Notes: generated by a model not told the origin, from the sequence alone. A DNA stretch of 60,304 nt from Acidimicrobiia bacterium (GCA_040880765.1 JBBDHT010000085.1:1-60304), one strand, 5' to 3'. Counted from the stretch's first letter, positions 1 through 8,869 are shown. Numbers and translations are program-made.

Positions 1-216
1 TGTCAACTCCTCGAAATCGACCGGTGCCACCCACATCAATAGCTCAGGACGCAACCCCACTACAGCCCTAGTAGTCGTCGGCGAGGAATCAGCAGACGAT
101 GCAACAGTCGACGGTGAAGACGAACTCGACTGGACAGCGGAGTTTCCACCACCTGACGGATCGCAGGCCGCCACGACCACCGCAACCAATAACAGGCACC
201 ACCATCGACAGCTCAT
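1..216 (-). CDS. Putative lipoprotein, 5' part only (runs off the left edge)
   Basis: Manual translation from ATG at 216 gives MSCRWWCLLLVAVVVAAC-DPSGGGNSAVQSSSSSPSTVASS..., open to position 1. It has a hydrophobic signal, a VAAC lipobox and a Ser/Thr-rich linker. It is absent from the ORF track because it is truncated. Confidence 0.7.
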   Translation of the reverse strand, partial: MSCRWWCLLLVAVVVAACDPSGGGNSAVQSSSSSPSTVASSADSSPTTTRAVVGLRPELLMWVAPVDFEELT

Positions 217-589
217 GCCGTCAACGTCTTCGAACCAGACGACGCGGGCTGTTGGTCGATCTCGTCGAGCATCATCATCCACTGAGTTCCGTATCCGCCG
301 CCCGCGGCGACGGACCTATCGGTTAACAGGGTTCTACTTCCACCATCACCCTATAAAGCAGGTTATAACCGAATCGTATGACAAGCCCCGGACGCCGCCA
401 CTGCCGAATGGGATGACGGAACCATCGAGTCCGTAGCCCTCGACTGGCACCAGGAACTCACATGGGAATTGCGCCACGACGCGCGGCACGCACCACCGAA
501 GTCGTCCGAATCACCCTCGCGATGTCCGGCAGTTCCGAACCGCATGCCGACGTGCCGCTCTGCTCGGTTCAGCCCCGATGATGTGGTGA

Positions 590-1189
590 CTACTCGGCGG
601 TACTGATCTCCGGTGCGTCTGGCGGCATATGTCGGGGTGGCTCAATCTTCTTCAGACTGTCCGCAATGGACTGCAAAGCTTCGGTCCGCTTCGGGGTGTC
701 CTGGTCCACCTTGTCCCATTGGCGCACCGCATATACCGACGCCAGCAAGTCGATGCGGTAGTTGTCAGTGATCTTGATCTCATCGGTGGCTGGCGAGTCG
801 TATGTGATCCTGACGTCATAGGCCATCGGCAGATCGCTATCGACCCGGTCGGGTCCGTGGTCCAAGACAGTGCGCAAGACCTTGCCCGGTGGCATTGTCG
901 GCTGATCCCAGAACTTCGCCGTCTCACCGTGGTCGATGATCTTGTGCGCTGCGGCGAGCGGTGGGCTGAATGTGACCGCCACGTTCTTGGCGACCGTGTT
1001 GCCGCTGTTCTCCAAGACCAGGTTCAGGGTGCGGGTAGATTTGTCGCCCTCGACGTGGACGACGACGTAGGGACGGTTGGTCGCCTTCCGCAGCTTGCGG
1101 GCTTCGTCTATCTGACCCCGTGCCGCCCACAGGGCAAGGACGGCAACGATCGCCAGGGCAAGCGTGGAGTAGGCCGTAAGTGCCTGCAT
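590..1189 (-). CDS. Hypothetical protein with N-terminal transmembrane helix
   Basis: Part of ORF 590..1435. The likely start is MQALTAYS at 1189, preceded by AGAAGGAG, followed by a TM segment and RPYVVV. Confidence 0.65.
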   Translation of the reverse strand: MQALTAYSTLALAIVAVLALWAARGQIDEARKLRKATNRPYVVVHVEGDKSTRTLNLVLENSGNTVAKNVAVTFSPPLAAAHKIIDHGETAKFWDQPTMPPGKVLRTVLDHGPDRVDSDLPMAYDVRITYDSPATDEIKITDNYRIDLLASVYAVRQWDKVDQDTPKRTEALQSIADSLKKIEPPRHMPPDAPEISTAE

Positions 1190-1289
1190 TGCGTGTGCTC
1201 CTTCTGTGTGCGGGTATTGATGTTGGCACACGTCCCCGACGGGTTCACGCCCAACACACATGAATGCCGATCTGCTCGGCTTCTGGGAT

Positions 1290-1392
1290 GCGTCTGGCCT
1301 GGCTCCACACCCGGGCGAAGAGCGTGCGCATAACGCGCGCCAAGAACCTCGAGAATGGTGCCAATTACCCACGCATAACCGTTGATCTCGGA
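1290..1392 (+). repeat. Degenerate ~100-bp direct repeat, copy 1 (core GCGCATAACGCGC at 1326-1338)
   Basis: Aligns by eye with 3882-3974; the 13-bp core is exact and the flanks are gapped. Confidence 0.55.
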
Positions 1393-1445
1393 TGGTTGGT
1401 GCTATTCGATTGCGCCGGAGCTTCGCGCGGGGCATGCTGGAGACA

Positions 1446-1967
1446 GTGGATACCGATCAGCCTGACCATGAAGCCTACGGACGTGTCACGAATCCTGAGC
1501 GCTACCTAGCCGTGGTCCATGCCGCTCAGGACAAAGTCGATGACCTGGTCAAGTCCTATCAGGTCGAACCGGAAGCCGGGTCACCGAGCGTCGACTTCCC
1601 GGAGTGGACCAGTGGTGCTGAACGTGTGGTCCGTCTCCAACCAAAGGGAGGCGCGCCGCTAGCACTCATGTTCACAGACTTCCCTGGTGTCGTTGTCCGA
1701 GTTGGTGACTGGGGTGCTAAAGCCTTCCCGGCATGTGGGTGCGATGCTTGCGATGAGTCTCCGAGTGAGGTGGTCGAGAGACTGAACGACTTTGTAAACG
1801 CTGCCGTCGAAGGCAGCTACGAAGAGCAGCTGACCAAACGGACACTCACCTACAGGTACGCCAGCCGGCGGGGTGTGCTGTCGGGCAAGCGGATGCTCGA
1901 CCGTGGCGAGTGGAAGCGGCACGGTCTACCCGCCGCCCACCAGTGGCCACCCTGGTCGACCCGATAG
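1446..1967 (+). CDS. DUF6226-like hypothetical protein
   Basis: Motifs EAYGRVTNPER, FTDFPGV and FPACGCDACDE. The start is uncertain (1392, 1434 or GTG 1446). Confidence 0.7.
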   Translation: MDTDQPDHEAYGRVTNPERYLAVVHAAQDKVDDLVKSYQVEPEAGSPSVDFPEWTSGAERVVRLQPKGGAPLALMFTDFPGVVVRVGDWGAKAFPACGCDACDESPSEVVERLNDFVNAAVEGSYEEQLTKRTLTYRYASRRGVLSGKRMLDRGEWKRHGLPAAHQWPPWSTR

Positions 1968-2113
1968 CTCATTCACCACCCTCGAGGTGCCGATAGCGGA
2001 CGGTGTCGGATATGGGCGATTCGCGCTATAGATTGCATGATCGGTATTTGCAGGTTGGGTTGGGAACTATCGACGGCTCCCAGTCGTCTTACATGCGTGT
2101 CGAAGGGAGACCT

Positions 2114-3766
2114 ATGTCGATCACTGGTCTGAATCGCCGTGTGTCGGGTATCCCGGTGTGGCTGGTTGCGTCGGTCCTTCTTGTCGCGGGCTGCGACAGC
2201 TCAGCTACAGATGACTCGACAACGCTTCCAACGCCTGACTCCTTGACGTCCGCTACGGACGGTCCAACGACATCATCGAGTCCGCAGACCACCGATCCCG
2301 CGCCAGCCTCCACATCAAACGCTGCGACGCTTCAAGGCGCTCGCTGGGTCCACCGGGGTATGGGTATGTCTGACGCAACACTGGCATCGAGCGGACACAT
2401 CGTTCTCGTAGACAATGAACGAGTGTATGTGGCCGACGGCTTCGGAGAAGAGGATGCTGAGTCCCGAGTGTCTGTTTTTGATGCCGCCACCGGCGAACTG
2501 GCCTGGCAGAGAGACGACCTCACCGCAGATGTGTCAGTGAATGACGTCTTCCTCCAAGCGCTCGTTGGAGACATCCTGGTTGTTAACGGCCAATACGACA
2601 GTGTTACCGCAGTCAAATCAGCTACCGGTGAGACCCTCTGGTCTTTCCGGCTTCCAGAGGGTTATGGGGCTGTCCGGTCGGCGGCGGTTGGAGATGTCCT
2701 CCTTGTCGGGACGGAAGCGCCGAGAGAGGGAGATATCAGACCACCGGTTGTCTACGCATTGAATCTCACGGATGGATCAGTGTTGTGGGAGACGCCTCTG
2801 GCGGAAGGCACAGACCTTCAATGGCACTCTCCTCCCATCGCCGACGGTCTCGCAATGTTTAGTTCAACTCTCAGTCACCCCGGCAGCGCCTCGGGGAACA
2901 TGATCCACGCGGTCGACGTAACGACCGGCCATGTGCGTTGGGTCGCCGAACTTGGAGGAGACCAGGGATTCCACTTCTACCCGGCACTCATCAGTGGGGA
3001 GTTGTTGGTTTCGTGGTCGCCAGATGGCTCGGCGGTCGCCCACCGCGTGACTGATGGATCGCAGGCTTGGGTCCAGCCAAATGTGATACCAATGGCAGTC
3101 GACGTCGACGGCACGGTTTACGCGTACGCCAGCGGGATCGTTGAACTCGATCCCACCGACGGCACAACCACACCAGTCGCTGGGTCTGATGCCGTTGCAA
3201 TGACTGTGGACGCAATCGTTATCCACGATGATCGCCAGCTGGTCCTCACGGGACGGTTCGGAGCTCGTGGCTTGCACCTTCCGACCGGCGAGCAGACTTG
3301 GCGAATAGACACGCCTGCAGCCGTAGCGCCGTCAGCGGTCACGTCCAGACTGATCGTCGTGGCGATCGACTCCGGCGTAGCCGTCTTCGACATCCCTTAC
3401 ACGGCAGACGAGGTGACGGCGTTCGTTGAGTCCTTTCTCGAGAAGAGAGTCGATGGTCGTGGATCTGAAGGGGATCTGTCTTCCAATGGGCTTGAGGCGT
3501 TTGACTTCTACGGCGCACACGGGACGACGGAATTGGCAGGACGTCTGTACGAGCAGGCCGGGCGCCGTTACACGGCCGGACGGGTTGTCAACCTCGATGG
3601 GATTGAAGGGCCGGACGGTGTGACGGTGGGCGAATGGGAAGTGATGGTCGAACTCACAGTCACTGGAGTAGCAGAACCTATCAAAGAGACACTGTTTGTT
3701 GCCCCACTCTCGGGGGCCATCAGATTAAGTGTCAACGGTGGCCGAACCGGCTGGGATGGTCCCTAA
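2114..3766 (+). CDS. PQQ-like (BamB-type) beta-propeller repeat lipoprotein
   Basis: AAGGGAG precedes ATG 2114. VAGC lipobox, Ser/Thr/Pro linker, and repeated A.D..TG...W blades (DAATGELAW, SATGETLW, TDGSVLW, VTTGHVRW, PTGEQTW). Confidence 0.8.
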   Translation: MSITGLNRRVSGIPVWLVASVLLVAGCDSSATDDSTTLPTPDSLTSATDGPTTSSSPQTTDPAPASTSNAATLQGARWVHRGMGMSDATLASSGHIVLVDNERVYVADGFGEEDAESRVSVFDAATGELAWQRDDLTADVSVNDVFLQALVGDILVVNGQYDSVTAVKSATGETLWSFRLPEGYGAVRSAAVGDVLLVGTEAPREGDIRPPVVYALNLTDGSVLWETPLAEGTDLQWHSPPIADGLAMFSSTLSHPGSASGNMIHAVDVTTGHVRWVAELGGDQGFHFYPALISGELLVSWSPDGSAVAHRVTDGSQAWVQPNVIPMAVDVDGTVYAYASGIVELDPTDGTTTPVAGSDAVAMTVDAIVIHDDRQLVLTGRFGARGLHLPTGEQTWRIDTPAAVAPSAVTSRLIVVAIDSGVAVFDIPYTADEVTAFVESFLEKRVDGRGSEGDLSSNGLEAFDFYGAHGTTELAGRLYEQAGRRYTAGRVVNLDGIEGPDGVTVGEWEVMVELTVTGVAEPIKETLFVAPLSGAIRLSVNGGRTGWDGP

Positions 3767-3881
3767 CCCTCGTCCAACGCTGCCCACGACGCATCTCCTC
3801 TGATAAGTCCCAAACGAGACGCTGACCGCGAATCGAATCTCAGAGATTTCCTCACACGAAACTGGCTCAATCGACCAGTCA

Positions 3882-3974
3882 GCGATCCAGGTTGGCCCCC
3901 GCGAAGGGCGCATAACGCGCATCGGCCAACCGCTAAAACGCCCGAATCGCCCGCGCGCTATCCGGCATTTAGGA
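3882..3974 (+). repeat. Degenerate ~100-bp direct repeat, copy 2 (core GCGCATAACGCGC at 3908-3920)
   Basis: Aligns by eye with 1290-1392. Confidence 0.55.
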
Positions 3975-4068
3975 GCACTACAGTAAACCACTGTGAGTGG
4001 CGACCGAGGCAGGGTTGGTTGCCGTTTCGATCTGGGTGTGGTGGGGCGGGTGGCCCTTCTCAGGCCGC

Positions 4069-6747
4069 CTATAGGCCGATACCCAGGCCGCGCTCTCTTC
4101 GCCTCTCTCGTTTCTCGCGTTCTGCGATACGTCGGCGGACGTTACGCATGATGTCGTCGAGTTGCTCGTCTTTACCGGGGAGGAGTGGCTCGAGCTCCCG
4201 TTGCCGGTCGGGGTTGAGCTCCAGTCGACGTGCGACTGCAGGTTGGTCGATCCAGTCTCGAGCCAGAGCTTGGGTGAGTACGTCGAGACTGGTCTGGTTG
4301 TTCTCAGTGGCGACGTAGGCGTGGTTGGCTTCTCGTCCTCTGGTCATCGCGGTGTAGACACCTCGGCTGTCAGTGGGGCTGTCGACCAAGAGGAGGCCTA
4401 CGTCGACGGTTCGCCCTTGTGTGGCGTGGCTGGTCTGTGCATATCCGAGTTCGAGGTGCTCGGCCACGTAGTTGGCGGGAAGACGGATGGTGCCTGTCCG
4501 TCCCGCGACTGTGGTGCTGCCGTCTCGGTGGATGCCGGTGATGGTCCAGTGGTCCCGGTTCTTCACCATCAGATCTCGGTCGGTCCTAAGAGTCCGGTCG
4601 TTGCGTCGGGTGACCACCTCGTCTCCCTCCATCATCGCGATGTCGTCGATTCGGAGCTGTGACCCGGAAGGGTCGAGTTCCTTGGCTTTGACCCGGGATT
4701 CCTGAGCGAGTTGGTTGAGGCGGGCAACCGTGTCGGTGTTGTTGGCCATCAACGCCACCGTCTCACCACGGTCTCGTGCTTGTTTCCATGCCGCGATGAT
4801 GTCGGATTCCAGCTGGTCGAGGGTGCCGCCGTGGAGTCGTCCCCTCCGGTGGTATTCGTTGAGGACTGTGGGTTCTCCGGCGCGGAGGCTGAGGCTGGCG
4901 TGGCGTTCCCAGGAGTGGTGGAACCGGTGGACCTGGTCCAGTTCGACCGCGCCGTGGCTGTCGACGAGGTGAGCAAACATGCCTCCTCTGCCCACGGCAG
5001 CGAACTGGCGGGGGTCGCCGACGAGGACGAGACGCCAGTCTTGTTGGTCGGCGAGCCGGAACAGCGCGGCGAGTTTGGGAGTGGAGGCGGTGGCGGCCTC
5101 GTCGACGATCACGGTAGTCCCTACAGCCAAGTCGAAGGAAGGGTCGGGTGGACGTGTCGGGTGGGAGTGTTCGGTCAACACCTTGTCCAACGTGTCGGCC
5201 GGCATGTGGGTTTCGGTGGCCAGTACTTCGGCTGCTGCCGCGGTCGGAGCCACCCCGAACACCTGACGGCCTTGAAGACCGAGATTCAGTTTCGCTGTGG
5301 CCAACATCGTGGTCTTGCCAGCACCCGCGGGGCCCACGATCAGCTCCAATCCACCATCCCCAGCGACCGCTGCAGCTGCTTCCTCCTGTCCGGTTGTCAG
5401 ATCCTGAGTGAAACGGATCACCCGGAGTCGCATCCTGCGGTTCTCGCGTTCTATGCGGTGTTGAGCCCGGGTGATCAGCTCCTCCTCCTCGTCGATGATG
5501 GCGCGAGTGGTCAGCGTCCGGTCCACGGCTGCTTCGGTGACCGGCCGCCCATCCCGCCGCAACGACACACCCGGTGGAATAGGACGGGAGATGTCAACGC
5601 AACCGTCTGCGGCGATGGTGTCGGCGAGACCGTCCAAGACCTCGGTCAGCTCCGTAGAGCTGACTGCGGTCGTTGTGGGCACTACGGAGGCCAGCTCCCG
5701 CACCAGTTCCGCCTTCCGCCACGACGACTGACCCTCACCCAGAGCTTGCAGAGCTGTCTCCCCTAACGCGGTCGCCAGGTGGTGATCGATTTCATCGAGA
5801 CGTCGAACCCGGTAAGTCACCCGTTGAACCAGTCGACGCGGCATGTAGCCGAGATCGAGCATCCGGTCACGCCACTCGGCATGCAGTTGGTTGAGGCTGA
5901 CGTCGTGGGGTTTCGCTGGTCGGCTGTCCAACACTGCCTCGCGTTCGAGGCGCCACCGCTCCTTCACCGTCGGCTCCCGCGCCAGACGATCGCGAAACCG
6001 GTCGAGCTTCTTCTCGAGTCGACTTTCAATGTCGCTGGTCCGCCGGGAGAACTCCGCCAGGACCGTCTTGGGGATTCCGGCGATCTCGGCGATCCCATGC
6101 TCAGGTGTCTCCCACTTCACACCGAGACGTCGAGTCAGCTCGGCGCGGAGATCTGCGTGGTATAGGGCGGAGAGGGTGCGTTGGTCGACCATCATGCTGC
6201 GGGCGTCCAAGGCCAGCCACCGGCCGTCCGGTGCCGGGACCCGGTTGGCGATCACCGCATGAGTATGAAGCTGAGGATCAAGCCTACGGCTGGTGTGCTG
6301 CCGGAACAACCCCACCACCAACCCACCGGCGTCAACGTGCATGATGTGGCCGTGGCGACGCAACCGCGTGTGGGCGTGATCTTCTATCCAGGCCAGCACG
6401 GATTCCACGGCCCGGTCGTGGGCGTCGATGACCTGTTCGCGCACCCGGTCGTCGCCTACGGCGAAGAGGACGGAAACTGACTTGGGAGCGGAGAAGGTGG
6501 CGTCATAGCCCCGCACGGACCGGTCACCGTATCGGCGACCAAGATCCTCACCAGTCGCCGGATCCCGACCGGCCATCACCGCGAGGAACGCCTCCGGGTC
6601 GACCTGTCCGTCGAGGCCGAGACGACCTGCCGCCTGACCCCACCACCGTCCCGGCGGTTCAGACCCGTCGAGGTAGTAGGAGGGGAGCCGTTCGGTGTAG
6701 TAGCGGCCCGCTTCCACCCCCTTCAACGAGTTCACACGAACCGTCAT
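4069..6747 (-). CDS. MobF-family (TrwC/TraI-type) relaxase with RecD-like helicase domain
   Basis: N-terminal YY...YY, DATFSAPKSVS and HTSRRLDPQLHTH (HUH); helicase motifs GPAGAGKT, VDEA, LVGDPRQF, GYAQTSHATQG and YTAMTRGR. Start MTVRV at 6747 follows GGGGAG. Confidence 0.92.
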   Translation of the reverse strand: MTVRVNSLKGVEAGRYYTERLPSYYLDGSEPPGRWWGQAAGRLGLDGQVDPEAFLAVMAGRDPATGEDLGRRYGDRSVRGYDATFSAPKSVSVLFAVGDDRVREQVIDAHDRAVESVLAWIEDHAHTRLRRHGHIMHVDAGGLVVGLFRQHTSRRLDPQLHTHAVIANRVPAPDGRWLALDARSMMVDQRTLSALYHADLRAELTRRLGVKWETPEHGIAEIAGIPKTVLAEFSRRTSDIESRLEKKLDRFRDRLAREPTVKERWRLEREAVLDSRPAKPHDVSLNQLHAEWRDRMLDLGYMPRRLVQRVTYRVRRLDEIDHHLATALGETALQALGEGQSSWRKAELVRELASVVPTTTAVSSTELTEVLDGLADTIAADGCVDISRPIPPGVSLRRDGRPVTEAAVDRTLTTRAIIDEEEELITRAQHRIERENRRMRLRVIRFTQDLTTGQEEAAAAVAGDGGLELIVGPAGAGKTTMLATAKLNLGLQGRQVFGVAPTAAAAEVLATETHMPADTLDKVLTEHSHPTRPPDPSFDLAVGTTVIVDEAATASTPKLAALFRLADQQDWRLVLVGDPRQFAAVGRGGMFAHLVDSHGAVELDQVHRFHHSWERHASLSLRAGEPTVLNEYHRRGRLHGGTLDQLESDIIAAWKQARDRGETVALMANNTDTVARLNQLAQESRVKAKELDPSGSQLRIDDIAMMEGDEVVTRRNDRTLRTDRDLMVKNRDHWTITGIHRDGSTTVAGRTGTIRLPANYVAEHLELGYAQTSHATQGRTVDVGLLLVDSPTDSRGVYTAMTRGREANHAYVATENNQTSLDVLTQALARDWIDQPAVARRLELNPDRQRELEPLLPGKDEQLDDIMRNVRRRIAEREKRERRRERGLGIGL

Positions 6748-6765
6748 CTGCTCTCCCCGACCCTT

Positions 6766-6795
6766 TCGAGAGTCTTTCGACCGCAGGTGTGCAAC
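6766..6795 (+). other. Candidate oriT/nic site
   Basis: Imperfect inverted repeat TCGAGAG-T-CTTTCGA followed by CCGCAGGTGT^GC. The layout resembles the F-plasmid nic (IR then GGGGTGT^GG) and lies directly upstream of the relaxase. Confidence 0.4.
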
Positions 6796-7128
6796 CGTCT
6801 GTAGAAAATCGGTCGGCTTCTTCGCTGGGTTTTGATCATTCGGTTCCTTCTCTTCAGCCGTCGGCCGGTTGGGATGGACGGCCTCTCTGGAGGCACGTAC
6901 TGTCGGATTCACTGTTGCTCTCGTTTGAGGGATGAGCTGTTTTCCGAATCATCGGGCGCTCCGTGTTCGCCATGAACCAACAGCACTCCTGGATGACGAC
7001 CCTCTCAACGGTCTCGCAAACCACTCGCGTAAAGCCTCCGTAAACACCGAGGAGCCGACACCGCCGCCGGAAACAGTTGCCGGGTCGAGGAGACGAAGCC
7101 CCTGGCACAACGGGTCTGCAAACGGTTC

Positions 7129-7187
7129 TGCGAGACCGTCTGCGAGACAGTTGCGAGACCGTCTGCGAGTCCATTGCGAGACCCGTC
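7129..7187 (+). repeat. Five tandem 11-12-bp repeats (TGCGAGACCGTC consensus)
   Basis: TGCGAG at 7129, 7141, 7152, 7164 and 7175; inverted copy ACGGTCTCGCAA at 7008-7019. Confidence 0.85.
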
Positions 7188-7284
7188 ACCGATACTCCAG
7201 TCATGACCGATCCCAAAGCCGAGGCTCTGAATGGCAGTAGGCGAGGAAGGAGATGGAACGCGGCAGCATGCCGCAAGATGAACA

Positions 7285-7368
7285 TGTCACCCTGTCAGCA
7301 GAGTGTCATCAACCCTGTCAAGAACCCTTTCAAACAGGCTGTCGAGATCAATGACATTGAGCCGACAG
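7285..7368. promoter_or_regulatory. TGTCA repeats plus a palindrome upstream of the excisionase
   Basis: TGTCA at 7285, 7293, 7304 and 7316; CTGTCG..TCAATG-A-CATTGA..CGACAG at 7339-7368. Confidence 0.45.
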
Positions 7369-7378
7369 GGTGCCTCCC

Positions 7379-7600
7379 ATGATGGACGGTATGGAACGCA
7401 CGGACCAGCTCCTCACCGTCCAAGAGCTCGCCGAATACCTGGCGGTGCCCGTCGCAACGCTTTACCAGTGGCGATATCGTAAGGAAGGGCCCCCAGGCTT
7501 TCGCGTTGGAAAACATCTCCGCTACCGATGGAGCGAAGTCGAGACGTGGATCGAGAAGCAGCTCCGTGAGCAGGCCTCGATGACAGTCACCGAGCGCTGA
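7379..7600 (+). CDS. Excisionase-like helix-turn-helix (HTH_17/AlpA-like) protein
   Basis: LLTVQELAEYLAVPVATLYQWR...GPPGFRVGKHLRY, located immediately upstream of the integrase. Confidence 0.88.
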   Translation: MMDGMERTDQLLTVQELAEYLAVPVATLYQWRYRKEGPPGFRVGKHLRYRWSEVETWIEKQLREQASMTVTER

Positions 7601-7716
7601 CTGTATCTTCGGGAAACTGGACGTAGATGGGGCGCAACGTTGCGTTCGACGACAAGAGAAGGTACCAATTCGCCGGGTGAGCGATCGTGATCCCGACGCA
7701 CCGAGGAGGCAGCATC

Positions 7717-8850
7717 GTGGCACACATCAGAGATCGGGGAAAGACACATTCCCGGCGTTGGCAGGCTAGGTACCGGGATCCCGCCGATCGCGAAAAGTCC
7801 AAGACGTTCGAACGAAAGGCCGATGCCCAGCGCTGGCTCGATGAGATCACCGCAGATCTCGTGATTGGCCGGTACGTCGATCCCCGGGCTGGCAAGGTTA
7901 CGCTCGAGAAGTTCGCCCATAAGTGGTTGCAATCCCAGACGTTCGATGAGTCGACCAGAGAAGCAGTCGATTCCCGTCTGCGAGTGCACATCCTCCCAGG
8001 GCTCGGGGACATCGAGCTCCGGCACCTCCGCCCATCGACGATTCAGTCTTGGTTGCGGGGCCGCCAGGAGGAGTGTGCACCTTCGTATGTGCGGGTATTG
8101 CTCGCCAACCTGTCATCGGTACTGGGCGCGGCGCTGGACGACGGGCTCATAGCGGCGAATCCCTGCCGATCGCCGTCTGTGAAGGCCCCGAAGGTCGTAC
8201 AGCGACGCGTGGTTCCGTGGACTCACGAACAAGTTCACGCGGTTATCTCTGAGCATCCTGAGCGATATCAGGCGATTCCCATAGCCGCAGCGGGCCTCGG
8301 GTTACGACAGGGCGAGGTGTTCGGGCTACGAGTCGATGACGTCGACTACCTCCGCCAGCGTCTCCTGGTTCGTCAGCAGGTCCGCATCCTCGGTAGCAGA
8401 CCGACGATCGCCCCGCCCAAGAACCACAAGACCAGGGAAGTACCTTTGCCTGATTCGGTTGCCACGGCGATCACAGAACGACTGAGAGGCTGGCCCATCC
8501 ACGACGGGATGGTGTTCACAACCCGGGAGCGCGGGCTCATGGACCGTCGCTACTTCAACCGCCACATCTGGAAGCCTGCCCTCGAGGCAGTGGGCGTCGA
8601 GCCGACAAGAGAGAACGGAATGCACGCACTGCGGCACTACTACGCCTCGACGCTGCTCGAGGGTGGGGTATCGATCAGGGCGGTCGCCGACTACCTCGGC
8701 CACTCAGACCCAGGGTTCACCCTCCGGGTCTACGCCCATCTGATGCCCGAGTCAGAGGAACGGGCCAGGACCGTCGTGGACATGTCGCTCTCCGCTGCCG
8801 CGGAATCCTCGCGGAACGCCGGTCCAGGCCACGTTCGATTTGTCAACTAG
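7717..8850 (+). CDS. Tyrosine site-specific integrase
   Basis: N-terminal arm-binding-like WQARYRD; catalytic motifs GLRQGE, HALRH and LGHS...TLRVY. GAGGAGG precedes GTG 7717. Confidence 0.93.
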   Translation: MAHIRDRGKTHSRRWQARYRDPADREKSKTFERKADAQRWLDEITADLVIGRYVDPRAGKVTLEKFAHKWLQSQTFDESTREAVDSRLRVHILPGLGDIELRHLRPSTIQSWLRGRQEECAPSYVRVLLANLSSVLGAALDDGLIAANPCRSPSVKAPKVVQRRVVPWTHEQVHAVISEHPERYQAIPIAAAGLGLRQGEVFGLRVDDVDYLRQRLLVRQQVRILGSRPTIAPPKNHKTREVPLPDSVATAITERLRGWPIHDGMVFTTRERGLMDRRYFNRHIWKPALEAVGVEPTRENGMHALRHYYASTLLEGGVSIRAVADYLGHSDPGFTLRVYAHLMPESEERARTVVDMSLSAAAESSRNAGPGHVRFVN

Positions 8851-8853
8851 TAG

Positions 8854-8869
8854 CAGGCGATTTCGCCTG
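8854..8869. terminator. Short hairpin between the convergent int and glnA genes
   Basis: CAGGCGA-TT-TCGCCTG. Confidence 0.35.

Noticed and set aside
1-8. TGTCAACT at the window start also occurs at 8841-8848, suggesting an att repeat or XerD arm
   Set aside because: It is only 8 bp, both copies lie inside coding frames (lipoprotein and integrase), and no XerC arm is seen at the 8841 copy.
1207-1219. 13-bp match TGTGCGGGTATTG with 8088-8100
   Set aside because: There is no flanking similarity and one copy is inside int; isolated 13-mer matches are expected by chance.
1986-3806. GGTGCCGATAG (1986-1996) and TCCTCTGATAA (3796-3806) as additional XerC-like half sites
   Set aside because: Too short and degenerate to support on their own.
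1290-3974. Integron attC interpretation of the ...TAAC motifs
   Set aside because: There are no paired GTTRRRY ends or attC hairpins, and the integrase is a phage/ICE type with an excisionase rather than IntI.
7129-7187. CRISPR array
   Set aside because: The units are 11-12 bp without spacers and there are no cas genes; the 53-bp family is dispersed rather than arrayed.
6748-7382. Relaxase N-terminal extension to 6912 and small ORFs 6854-7285, 6932-7240 and 7077-7382
   Set aside because: MobF relaxases begin just before the catalytic tyrosines; the small ORFs run across the repeats and have no recognisable motifs.
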